A stretch of 64,000 bases of DNA, taken from the IMG/VR virus record IMGVR_UViG_3300033233_000004, positions 107,837-171,836 of that record. One strand, given 5' to 3'. Shown in pieces: positions 38,158-47,350 of this stretch. Below the pieces are notes generated by a model. It was not told the origin of the DNA. It made no database searches and saw only the letters and a list, made by a program, of their open reading frames with translations. Source of the DNA: a virus. Numbering within the stretch: position 1 is the stretch's first letter; every line of letters starts with the position of its first letter. The position numbers and the translations under genes are program-made.

Positions 38158-38942
38158 ATTCTGGTTTTAAGACAATTTGGACAAGTATCAAAACCATTCT
38201 CAACATCTACAGGTACTTCGTGACAAATAGTACAAAGATGTGATATATCTTTTCCTTTATCAATAAGATTTACAGGAACTGCACCTTGAGCAATAGCTGT
38301 CAAACCATTTTCCCGAATCTTACGAGCAATAAAAGCGTCAATCTCGCCTTTAGCTTCTGTAACAGCATTAGTCATTTGCTCGTGAAACTGACCGAGCACA
38401 AATGGCATATTGTTAGCAATACCCATGGATGCGCCTTCCAACTTTGAAAGTACTTCCTTAAGCTTCGTCTTGGGAATCGTCGGTTTCAACATCAATTCTT
38501 TGAGATCATGCACTGCTGTAGCAAGGTCGGTGGATATTTCCTGCGCTTTCTGAGCGAATTCACTACGGAATTCTCGTTTGACATCACTATACTCAGGCAG
38601 TGGAAATCTCTTTTTATTGATGTGACGAATGGTTACAGGCGTACCTGAGCCTTGACCGAAACTGGTAATGACATCAGCAAATTGTGTGGGCGACATCCAA
38701 ACTTCGATGATTTCATCTCTATCGTGGAAGTAGTCGCTGTTGAATTTACGATGTTTTTCGGCATGACTGATGGTTAAACAGATAGTTTCGTGATGTTCAA
38801 TAGATGACCCAAAAAGAGCCGTAACACGACCTTGCATGCGATTGATATTCAACACACCATAAGATGGATGAGTCTCGACATAATCTGTCATGACATCACC
38901 AGTCTTAGTGCGAATAGGTGATGTTACTTGCTGTTCACTCAT
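38154..38942 (-). CDS. Hypothetical phage protein
   Basis: 262 aa, HPSYG...LFGS...MSPTQFA, coiled-coil C-terminus. Confidence 0.7.
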   Translation of the reverse strand: MSEQQVTSPIRTKTGDVMTDYVETHPSYGVLNINRMQGRVTALFGSSIEHHETICLTISHAEKHRKFNSDYFHDRDEIIEVWMSPTQFADVITSFGQGSGTPVTIRHINKKRFPLPEYSDVKREFRSEFAQKAQEISTDLATAVHDLKELMLKPTIPKTKLKEVLSKLEGASMGIANNMPFVLGQFHEQMTNAVTEAKGEIDAFIARKIRENGLTAIAQGAVPVNLIDKGKDISHLCTICHEVPVDVENGFDTCPNCLKTRI

Positions 38943-39187
38943 TACTCATTCCTTTCTGGCGTACCACCCTTGGTTTTCAGCAATGGACTACCTGTGTAAC
39001 AAATTACGATTCTACCAAACCGAAAAAATCTCCTGTGATATCCGATAAATTCATACTCATCTGTCCTGCCAAACTCAAAAGCCCACCACGAAACATTTAG
39101 CCAAACTTGTATTTTATGATTAGCTGAACTCCACAGAGTAGTTCCGATACTCCACAACGGTCGTTTACCAATATCTTGTTTGTACAT
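38942..39187 (-). CDS. Hypothetical protein
   Basis: Follows sigma70-type promoter at ~39211-39240. Confidence 0.5.
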   Translation of the reverse strand: MYKQDIGKRPLWSIGTTLWSSANHKIQVWLNVSWWAFEFGRTDEYEFIGYHRRFFRFGRIVICYTGSPLLKTKGGTPERNE

Positions 39188-39301
39188 GATTATCTCTTTT
39201 TCTTGGTACTAATATGCTACAAAAAAATGTAAATGTCAAGAGAAATTTCCACAATCTTCCACACTATTACTTTTTTGCCAAAAATAGACTTATTTAAGTA
39301 G

Positions 39302-39856
39302 TTACCAGTCTCTTAACTTGTCCAAAGTTTCCAGAAACTTCTCTAAACGGTCAAGGTCATTCCGTCCTTGTCCTTTAACCATATGGATGAGAATAGGGCC
39401 TTGGTCATGAGCATAGTGGAATATAGCATCTATACCTACAAGGATATCAATATCGGTTTGAGCTTTTTCTAATTTCTCAATACGTTCCCTAAGATATCTC
39501 ATCCAGTGTCCGTTCTGTCCACTTAATAAACCGTCAGATTTGTCACAAAATTTATCAAAAAAGTCTTCAATTAGATATTGGTTATCCTTATCTTTGCAAC
39601 TTTCTTGCCAAAGCAGGTTCAATTTCTTTGTATTGTTTAAGAACGCTCTCGCTATAGGAAGAACAATAGACCGAAGCTCAATAACATCATCCAAATAGTA
39701 ATAACCCTTACGATACTTATTATAGCATGTAAGTATCTGAGTCCTACTTGGAAGTGGCGGAATAGGGTCTGGCTTTATTTTTTCCAAATCTTTAGGAGTC
39801 ATTGGCCTTGTACTAACAGTGGATTCACTAATATTATAGAGTTTTGGTTTCTTCAT
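39302..39856 (-). CDS. Hypothetical protein
   Basis: 184 aa coupled ORF. Confidence 0.6.
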   Translation of the reverse strand: MKKPKLYNISESTVSTRPMTPKDLEKIKPDPIPPLPSRTQILTCYNKYRKGYYYLDDVIELRSIVLPIARAFLNNTKKLNLLWQESCKDKDNQYLIEDFFDKFCDKSDGLLSGQNGHWMRYLRERIEKLEKAQTDIDILVGIDAIFHYAHDQGPILIHMVKGQGRNDLDRLEKFLETLDKLRDW

Positions 39857-40341
39857 ACATCAATTTCCTTATATGGGTCTTCCAACAAACCGGCATCTAA
39901 TTCTGCTTGGAGAGCTATCTGATGCGCTTCCCAATACTCTTTTCCATCCCTCATAGCTTTGAATTCTACTATCTCATGTAGAATAGTGCTTTCGAGAAAT
40001 AAGTTTGACACTGGCTGAAAGGGTTTGACATTTATACACAAACATTCATTGTGAGCAGCAGATACCCATATTTCATTTAAAGGGATGAATTCGTATACAT
40101 AGCCATGTCCACCATGACCAAATGTGGCATTCAGATTATTTTTCACCCACTCCGAATTGACAACAAACACATCAAAACCATCTTGAACAACATATTTGCT
40201 TTTCCAAGTTCCTTCTAACTTAAATGTACTGGACTTATTCAATGCTCTTGCTTGAACTTTGCATTCAAGTTCTCGCCATGCAGGGTCTGAGATATCATTA
40301 GCCAATGTTAAAGACGACTTCAGAATATCTGTTTTGTTCAT
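39853..40341 (-). CDS. Hypothetical protein with HExxE...H metal-binding-like motif
   Basis: GGHGYVYEFIP, LHEIVE, EAHQIA. Confidence 0.6.
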   Translation of the reverse strand: MNKTDILKSSLTLANDISDPAWRELECKVQARALNKSSTFKLEGTWKSKYVVQDGFDVFVVNSEWVKNNLNATFGHGGHGYVYEFIPLNEIWVSAAHNECLCINVKPFQPVSNLFLESTILHEIVEFKAMRDGKEYWEAHQIALQAELDAGLLEDPYKEIDV

Positions 40342-40555
40342 AAAGTTCCTTTCATCTGGCTGCATCGAGCATATGATGATGATTCATATATGCCCGAATA
40401 TGGATACCTTTACTCCGAGCAATCTTGGCAACTCTATTGAGATACTTGGTGAGTCGTGCCGTTGTTATTCCATTCCAAAAGTCAATATCGAGTGAGAGAT
40501 AGAACGGCTCATTCATGTGGCTTAATTTTTCCATTGTTAATAGCAGTGACCGTTT

Positions 40556-40795
40556 TTATGGATTAACCTTTACAAGATCATGACCAACTTTTACAGAAGA
40601 ACCTATAAGTTCTGTAAGCATAGCACAACTACCATCCTTAAATACTACAATAGCGTCTGTTCCTAATCCTTCAAGAGAACGTTTAACTCCATATGAAAAA
40701 ATATCTTTCAGGTTTTCATCTCCTGATACTTCTTCACAAAAGCATAAAGAGTATTCATTTGTTCCACGGAATAGAATTTTTTTAACGGTACTCAT
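40556..40795 (-). CDS. Hypothetical protein driven by the duplicated promoter cassette
   Basis: Start MSTVKK after AAGGAGAT. Confidence 0.6.
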   Translation of the reverse strand: MSTVKKILFRGTNEYSLCFCEEVSGDENLKDIFSYGVKRSLEGLGTDAIVVFKDGSCAMLTELIGSSVKVGHDLVKVNP

Positions 40796-40800
40796 CGTTG

Positions 40801-40872
40801 ATCTCCTTTTTGAGTGATTGGATGACAACTTTTGACACATTCAATATACTACATAGAAATTTAAAAGTCAAG
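40801..40872 (-). repeat. 72-bp promoter/leader/RBS cassette, copy 2
   Basis: Identical to 8762-8833. Confidence 0.9.
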
Positions 40873-41189
40873 AGAAAAATGATGGGAGGTAAAGATTACC
40901 CGTTCGGACGGAAATATGGGCAAATATTGTCTAAATTATAAATCAAAAGACGCACTTCTATAAATTGCCCCCCTCCCGTGTAGCATCGCCGGTGCTCGTT
41001 CCTGCATCATTTGCAGGTATTGTACAAGATGCAGGGTATGATTTATTGGATCACTACGTTAACTCCAACTTAGATCAACTTGTGACCTTGCGTGGTGTTA
41101 CTCAATGTCTTGCAATTAACTTTAACGGAGCGGCTTTGGTCGCTGGTCAAATTCATGCCTACGAGATAGTCTGGATAGAGGAGTAAAAA

Positions 41190-41552
41190 TTATAGGTTAA
41201 AAATATCTGCTTCATCGAGAGTAGGAACATTATCGGTAGGAAGCCAAACTACATGCACGAGGTCGTGAGGAAGGAAGATTTCAGAAATGCCTTTGCCAAA
41301 TGCTACTTTGAGAATAATGTCTGTAGGTTTCGGAACAACGTAGTCCGGTACATGACAAATACTCCACCATTCATGTTCATGCGAATGCGGGTAAAAAATA
41401 TGAGTTACTTCGCCAATGCACTTAAGATAGCGCATCCCGTAGCGTACCATACCCACAGTTTTGAAGACAATCAAGACAGAAGCCCCTATTTTTATTGGAA
41501 GAGTTGGAACTGAACCATAATACCTTCCTTTATATTGAAATATTTGACTCAT
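41190..41552 (-). CDS. Hypothetical protein
   Basis: Coupled to thyX stop codon. Confidence 0.55.
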   Translation of the reverse strand: MSQIFQYKGRYYGSVPTLPIKIGASVLIVFKTVGMVRYGMRYLKCIGEVTHIFYPHSHEHEWWSICHVPDYVVPKPTDIILKVAFGKGISEIFLPHDLVHVVWLPTDNVPTLDEADIFNL

Positions 41553-42196
41553 AACTGTGCTGCTGCTGCAATGGTCGGAAAATTCTGTTTGAATATATGT
41601 AGTATAGATTCTGCTACTTGACGATGTTCTAATTGAGCGTGTTCATCACAACGAACCTGCAAATAATGTATCCAACTTCTCACGGAACCTTTCATATAAA
41701 GAGTAGTTTGTGTAGTAAGAGGTAATATCATTCGAGCACACTCTTTGGCAATACCTATGGATAATAAATCCTCGTATGATTCTTCGGCTATTTGAACCGC
41801 ATTTCGAACAACATCATCCGCATAAACCTTGTCATCACCTATGGGTACTATTGTCGATGACTGCCGATTCTTAGTAGCCTGATAACGCAACTGTACTGGT
41901 TCCATTGCCGATACTATAGCATAACGTTGCGAAAACTCCTGAAAAGAAAAAGAGCGATGTCGAAGTATTTGTTGTGCAATAGCTCGACTTGTTACGATCT
42001 CTACACACATATCTACTTGTTCGAAAGGCGACCAGTGTTTATTAGATATGAGATACTGAATCAATTTGGATGCAGTCTCAGTATTCAACTGATTGCTTGG
42101 GTTACTAACTCTCGCAATGTATACTATCAACTCTTCTGGTGATAGTTCTTGTTCTGTAATATAGGATTTAGTGAGAGATATAAGACGTACTTTCAT
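41549..42196 (-). CDS. thyX: Flavin-dependent thymidylate synthase
   Basis: HWSPFE, RHRSFSFQEFSQRY, AQLEH. Confidence 0.95.
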   Translation of the reverse strand: MKVRLISLTKSYITEQELSPEELIVYIARVSNPSNQLNTETASKLIQYLISNKHWSPFEQVDMCVEIVTSRAIAQQILRHRSFSFQEFSQRYAIVSAMEPVQLRYQATKNRQSSTIVPIGDDKVYADDVVRNAVQIAEESYEDLLSIGIAKECARMILPLTTQTTLYMKGSVRSWIHYLQVRCDEHAQLEHRQVAESILHIFKQNFPTIAAAAQL

Positions 42197-44208
42197 AACG
42201 TGCCTTTCGAAGTAATTTCACAGACATCGTTTGAACAATACTTCTCAATAGCAACTTCTTCCCCACGTATACGTCCTAATCTAAGCTTACCCAACTTCTT
42301 CATCTTTGCTTTGCATGTTTTCTCATCAATAGCTTCATATGGCATTTGACGATACACATGAGTCTTATGTCGTGGTAAGAAGCTCACACCTTTAAGTTGG
42401 TATTGGAAGTAATCCAATGCATGAACTAATTCTTCGCCTTCGGTCATTGGATTGAAAGATACTGTAGCGGATACTTGATTATCACTCCAATACTTCTGCA
42501 TAAATGCTGCTAAGGATAACTGTTCCCACATGGACACTTCATCCACAGAACGCATACCAACACCAATGTCCACAGGCACCTCCACAACTACCGTGGTGTG
42601 CTCCAATCCGTAACATGGTTCTACATGATAGCCAGCTTTCTTCAATGGTGCAATTAATTCAGATGTGTTATTCAGTCGGATTCGACGAATGTAGAATCTG
42701 GATTCAGGATAATGAATTCCGGGAGTTGCACCTGCTAACAGCGAAACAGTTCCAGATGGTTTCACGGAAGTAGTTTTAATGCTAAGTGGAATTGCAAACC
42801 ATTCGGAATAAACAGTATCCCATTTTTGTACAGTGTCGTAACCAGCTATAAGCCATTGGCGTAGTGTCTCAATTCCACGATAAGTCACAAACTGAGCAAT
42901 ACCACTAACCGAACAACCTATTCTTCGATTACGCAGCATGATACGATTGGTCTCTGCCCAATGTGTCTTACCTAATGTTACTGTCTTGGCATAGAGATAG
43001 GCATACTTAAGTGTGATAAGATAATCTTCCAACGTATCGTGTTTGAAAGGAAATGTCTCAACTAAACAGCAAAGCTCCATTGATTCAAGCGTTTGTTCAC
43101 CACAGGGATTAGTTCCATCAGCACGACGATCTTTATTATCTATGTCCTTATTCATACGAGAATAACCACGCATATTATCAAGCCATGCTATTCCCGGCTC
43201 TCCATTATCTATAATACGTTCCGCTATTGAAGCATATTGATCTCCCATTTTTGCAAATACGGAATTATTGGATGCCCAACCATACTCTTCTCGGTGTGGA
43301 TTTTTTTTGTAGTTCTTAAGGTCTAAATATTCTATATTGTCTATGCCACCAAGAACTAATTCTGCACTTCGACGAATATTTCCTGATACCACACACTTAC
43401 CAATAAGATTCATAATATCTACAATAGTGGTAACACTGATAGGCGACCCCACTTCTTTGTCCAATATCTTTCGCACAGCTTCGTGCATTTCTGTAAGCGG
43501 TTTATATCCTGAACTCGTACCACCAAAACCTTTGATTGGTTCTCCTTCCTTTCGAATAAGAGTATAATCAAATACAATCGGTGCTGTAGATAAAAAATAG
43601 GATTCAAGAAGAAGACGCAGACTTTCTACCCACCCCTCTCGTGTATCAGGGATTTGGAATTTCTCCACACTACGTTTGGTGTTAGGCTCCTTGATAATAA
43701 TCTGACCAGCCCCCAAAGTATCAAACGCTATACCACACCCTAACATGGACATATCCATAAGGAACATAAAAGGCTTGGCTAAATCCTCTTTCAGATTTTT
43801 AGTAGACACATACCCACAATTATTTAATGCAGCATACAAGCCCTTCTCTTCCGTAATAGAACTACCCATTGCCCATAGTCCACGACCCGGTGGAAGGAAT
43901 TTCATCTTGAACATTCGAGTATACATCTCTTGGGCTGACTTCTGAGCTTGCCATGCATTCCATCCACACCCATGTTTCTCGATGTGTTGCTTCTGCATCC
44001 GATACGTACCTTCTACAACTCTCCTACAGGTTTCAAACCATTGCTCATTGGGACACTCACACTTTTGTGTCTGTGCACAGGTTGGACTATGTTGAATACG
44101 TGAGTATGCTTGCATGTATGCCAACTCTCCCAAGCCGTTGAAACCGAATGGTGGTAACTTAGTTTTGAATGTATCAATGAAACTGTCAGACAACTGAAAC
44201 TTGTCCAT
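42193..44208 (-). CDS. nrdJ: Class II (adenosylcobalamin-dependent) ribonucleotide reductase
   Basis: FLPPGRGLW, LNNC, GNIRRSA, TNPCGEQ, VKPSGT, C-terminal C...C. Confidence 0.93.
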   Translation of the reverse strand: MDKFQLSDSFIDTFKTKLPPFGFNGLGELAYMQAYSRIQHSPTCAQTQKCECPNEQWFETCRRVVEGTYRMQKQHIEKHGCGWNAWQAQKSAQEMYTRMFKMKFLPPGRGLWAMGSSITEEKGLYAALNNCGYVSTKNLKEDLAKPFMFLMDMSMLGCGIAFDTLGAGQIIIKEPNTKRSVEKFQIPDTREGWVESLRLLLESYFLSTAPIVFDYTLIRKEGEPIKGFGGTSSGYKPLTEMHEAVRKILDKEVGSPISVTTIVDIMNLIGKCVVSGNIRRSAELVLGGIDNIEYLDLKNYKKNPHREEYGWASNNSVFAKMGDQYASIAERIIDNGEPGIAWLDNMRGYSRMNKDIDNKDRRADGTNPCGEQTLESMELCCLVETFPFKHDTLEDYLITLKYAYLYAKTVTLGKTHWAETNRIMLRNRRIGCSVSGIAQFVTYRGIETLRQWLIAGYDTVQKWDTVYSEWFAIPLSIKTTSVKPSGTVSLLAGATPGIHYPESRFYIRRIRLNNTSELIAPLKKAGYHVEPCYGLEHTTVVVEVPVDIGVGMRSVDEVSMWEQLSLAAFMQKYWSDNQVSATVSFNPMTEGEELVHALDYFQYQLKGVSFLPRHKTHVYRQMPYEAIDEKTCKAKMKKLGKLRLGRIRGEEVAIEKYCSNDVCEITSKGTL

Positions 44209-44404
44209 ATAAGAGACTTCCTTTTCAGTGTAAAATGGATATCAACAATGAATTATAATATGAGTACTATTGAGCAAATGTGCCAAGAATGAAACATATT
44301 TTGGCATACCACACCCAAATGCGAGGAAGAAGACGTTGCAGATATGTAACAAGAGAATAGGAATGCGTAATCATAGTAATTACCTTGGTATTAGAACTAT
44401 TATA

Positions 44405-44797
44405 TTAAAACTCGTTATCGAGAACGAGATAGTCGATAACGAATTCATAATTGAGTACAATTGAAAACAACGTAAGAAAACTACATCCATAAGGATAATG
44501 AGACAACGCTATTCTGTTTATATCACGATGCAATACCATGGATGCCAGTTGCAATCGAGTCGGTTCAGTATAGAAAGGAGCATACTTTCCAATGATACTA
44601 TAGTTCCTCTTGTAATCATCGAACAGTATCATCAAAATAATACGAGCCAATTCCCACCTACTGGCAGTCTTAAGATAATTCTCTGTTAATTTGAATCGTT
44701 CACATTTACATAACCAGCATTTATTTCCATCAAATGGAGAGTGTTGGTATAGTCGATGGTTACATTCGCAGAACAAATCGTGGTTTGGTTTTGACAT
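44405..44797 (-). CDS. Hypothetical protein with N-terminal Zn motif
   Basis: CECNH...H...C..CKC. Confidence 0.5.
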   Translation of the reverse strand: MSKPNHDLFCECNHRLYQHSPFDGNKCWLCKCERFKLTENYLKTASRWELARIILMILFDDYKRNYSIIGKYAPFYTEPTRLQLASMVLHRDINRIALSHYPYGCSFLTLFSIVLNYEFVIDYLVLDNEF

Positions 44798-44920
44798 GGA
44801 TTACCTCTAATATATACATTTGTTTCGAGAAAGTCAAATGTTCATAAAAATAGATGTGTACCAATTATTCATTTCTTGGTACACGTCTAAGAAACATGTC
44901 CCTAACGGGTGCATGTTCAT

Positions 44921-47350
44921 TTACATGTATTCTGCCCAAAACTCTTGACTTTCGAGTTGTTTTATAAACGCTGCTTTAGCTTCATCAACTTTGGTATCTA
45001 TTTCATTGAATGCTTTATCCATTGCTTCGGCTGCATAAGCCAAGCCATTCCATATCTTGAATTCGGGTTCTTCGCCTTGTTCTACAAGAAGTTCAGCAGT
45101 GGAATTCAAATCTGGCTCTCTTTGCCACAGCGTCTCCCATATAATTTCTGCATAAGGTAAACCAAACTTAGACTCATTAATTACAAGTTGCAACCAACCG
45201 CCTGACCGACCAGTAATTTCATAACCTTCAATCCATGGATAAGTTTCCTTCAAACTTAATACAAAATCATAAAGAGTAGTTGCTGTGTTTTGTTGGATAA
45301 TACTATTCATATTATCTGCACTTATAGCTAATCGTACATTGTCAGGAATATCTACTCTATAGTATTTGACGTTGAATGCCAATTGTCCATCTACCTCATG
45401 GAAGTGACCGTTCTGTAAGAACGAAGCAATATTCTGATAAGCAGTATTTGCCTGAGTCTTTGCTACATCAATTTGAGACGGCTGAGATATAATATCAGAG
45501 AACTTAAGAGAACCTACTAATTCCATTTCTGGTTCAGGTCGTGGAATAACATACTTAATCTTATTCTTCTCTACTATACCAAATGATTCACTCCCATCAT
45601 TCCAAATTACATACACAGAATCGCCTTCATCTTTAACCGCAGCACCCGTAGTGCCTTTTGGAATTACTCCTTGTGTAGGAATAACGATGTCCTCCAACGC
45701 TTCTACTCGGTGAGATTTATCAGTTCTTTTTGGTGGTCTTCCTCTTCGCTTTGTTACTGGCTTACCATAAGGATATGGATATTCCTCGAAATCAGGAGCG
45801 AGTGAGTCTATAAACTTACGTTCCAATGTTCTACCTACATAAGAGAACCTAAGACTGCCTATACGCTCATCCTCATATGGATTGGTTCTCAATTGCTTTG
45901 GTCGTCCAGTTGATTTATTTTCACGAGATTTTTCAACCTTCTTTCCACATTTTTTACAAGTGTAAATATACTTGTCCCCAATAGCTAAAGGATATCCCAT
46001 AGATATATGGCATTCTGGACACATTGTAGAAGCATAGACATCATGTCTATGTTCTTGTCCGATTTGGCTATCTCCACCTTCAAGCTCCAATTCTGGATAT
46101 TCTTGTGGTTTGCCAGACATTGGTGTGGATGCCTCTGGTTGTGCATTATCCTCTGTTGGTGGCATTGATGTATCTACACCTTCAGATAGACCCTCAAATA
46201 CACCTTCACGGATAAGAAGGAATGGCTCATACATACGACTTACCAACCACGGTGATGTAGAGTTAAGGAATTTACCATTCTTTTGAGGTAGTAAAGCACG
46301 AAGAGAACGAGGCCCCGTGCCCGTCCAAGCTCCTTTGAAACGAATGAATCTCGATTGTCGGCGGGTAGGGGCATTCTCCAAGAGACGATCAATACGGATA
46401 AGGCTATTTGATGTTTGCCAAATTTGTCCTGCACGAGCAATATGCTTGAACTGTTCCCATGTATACTCACCTTGATGAATTGGTCGAGCAGAAGTTGTAT
46501 TTAAAGAAGCTATTTTTTTCCACCAACCACGACCCCTAATAATGTGCTCTCCTTCTTCTTCTACATACAAGTCGCCTGCTACATAGCCTTGTCCAAGTAA
46601 TTGGGCAATATAGTCAAGACTTACTTGGTCGTTAACAAGGTCATAATCGAGAGCATTCTTTCCTGTTAACTGCCACTCAATATCATCTCGTAATACAGTA
46701 ACTACACCATGATTACTTTCATCCTCTTCATAGAAGTCTGGTAATCCAATTACATCTGCAAACTTCAACTCACCAGTCACAGCCATCAAATCCTTACGTA
46801 ATGTAAATGGAAAGTCAGATGATATAAGTGTATTAGGCTGGCTCGGTGTTAGTCGCTGATTGTCGGCTGTACGCCACTGGATACCACTCATAACTATTCG
46901 ATTATTGTCACGAGCAGTTACAGCAAAGTTTGGTTGTAGATGTAAGAAGTTACCAGATTGACTTTGCCACACCTGATTAGGAGCTACCATATTGGCAAAG
47001 TCTCCCATAGAGTTGGCAATTAATTTCTGTTGTGGTGCATTAGCAGTTGGCTGAACGGCTGGTTGTACCTCAGCAGCAGTCTTCTCTTCTGGCAAGAATT
47101 GAAGCTCTCTGATATTGACTGCCAAAGCTCCCATGTACGGTTTATCATCCCAATTTACAAACGCAGTGTCTCCCAACATATTGAAGATAGTACCTTTACT
47201 ATTAGGTGGAAGATTCAAGTCGAAGTTCACATTCTTAAGAGCTACTCTGGCTCCTTTACCAAGAATCGTAAAATGAGGTTGTCCAATGATGTCAGCAGTT
47301 TTTGGTCTGAATGGAAAATGTAATGGTATTATTTTATTGAGTAATTTCAT
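44921..47350 (-). CDS. Large modular protein with KTA-DII/SLKF-DII linkers (Zn ribbon, AT-hook, SH3-like modules)
   Basis: ATGA overlap with upstream gene at 47347-47350; CPEC/CKKC, KRRGRPPK. Confidence 0.75.
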   Translation of the reverse strand: MKLLNKIIPLHFPFRPKTADIIGQPHFTILGKGARVALKNVNFDLNLPPNSKGTIFNMLGDTAFVNWDDKPYMGALAVNIRELQFLPEEKTAAEVQPAVQPTANAPQQKLIANSMGDFANMVAPNQVWQSQSGNFLHLQPNFAVTARDNNRIVMSGIQWRTADNQRLTPSQPNTLISSDFPFTLRKDLMAVTGELKFADVIGLPDFYEEDESNHGVVTVLRDDIEWQLTGKNALDYDLVNDQVSLDYIAQLLGQGYVAGDLYVEEEGEHIIRGRGWWKKIASLNTTSARPIHQGEYTWEQFKHIARAGQIWQTSNSLIRIDRLLENAPTRRQSRFIRFKGAWTGTGPRSLRALLPQKNGKFLNSTSPWLVSRMYEPFLLIREGVFEGLSEGVDTSMPPTEDNAQPEASTPMSGKPQEYPELELEGGDSQIGQEHRHDVYASTMCPECHISMGYPLAIGDKYIYTCKKCGKKVEKSRENKSTGRPKQLRTNPYEDERIGSLRFSYVGRTLERKFIDSLAPDFEEYPYPYGKPVTKRRGRPPKRTDKSHRVEALEDIVIPTQGVIPKGTTGAAVKDEGDSVYVIWNDGSESFGIVEKNKIKYVIPRPEPEMELVGSLKFSDIISQPSQIDVAKTQANTAYQNIASFLQNGHFHEVDGQLAFNVKYYRVDIPDNVRLAISADNMNSIIQQNTATTLYDFVLSLKETYPWIEGYEITGRSGGWLQLVINESKFGLPYAEIIWETLWQREPDLNSTAELLVEQGEEPEFKIWNGLAYAAEAMDKAFNEIDTKVDEAKAAFIKQLESQEFWAEYM

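Noticed and set aside
40965-41186. Plus-strand 73-aa ORF with protein-like composition
   Set aside because: No RBS or ATG; may be a gene fragment and cannot be supported.
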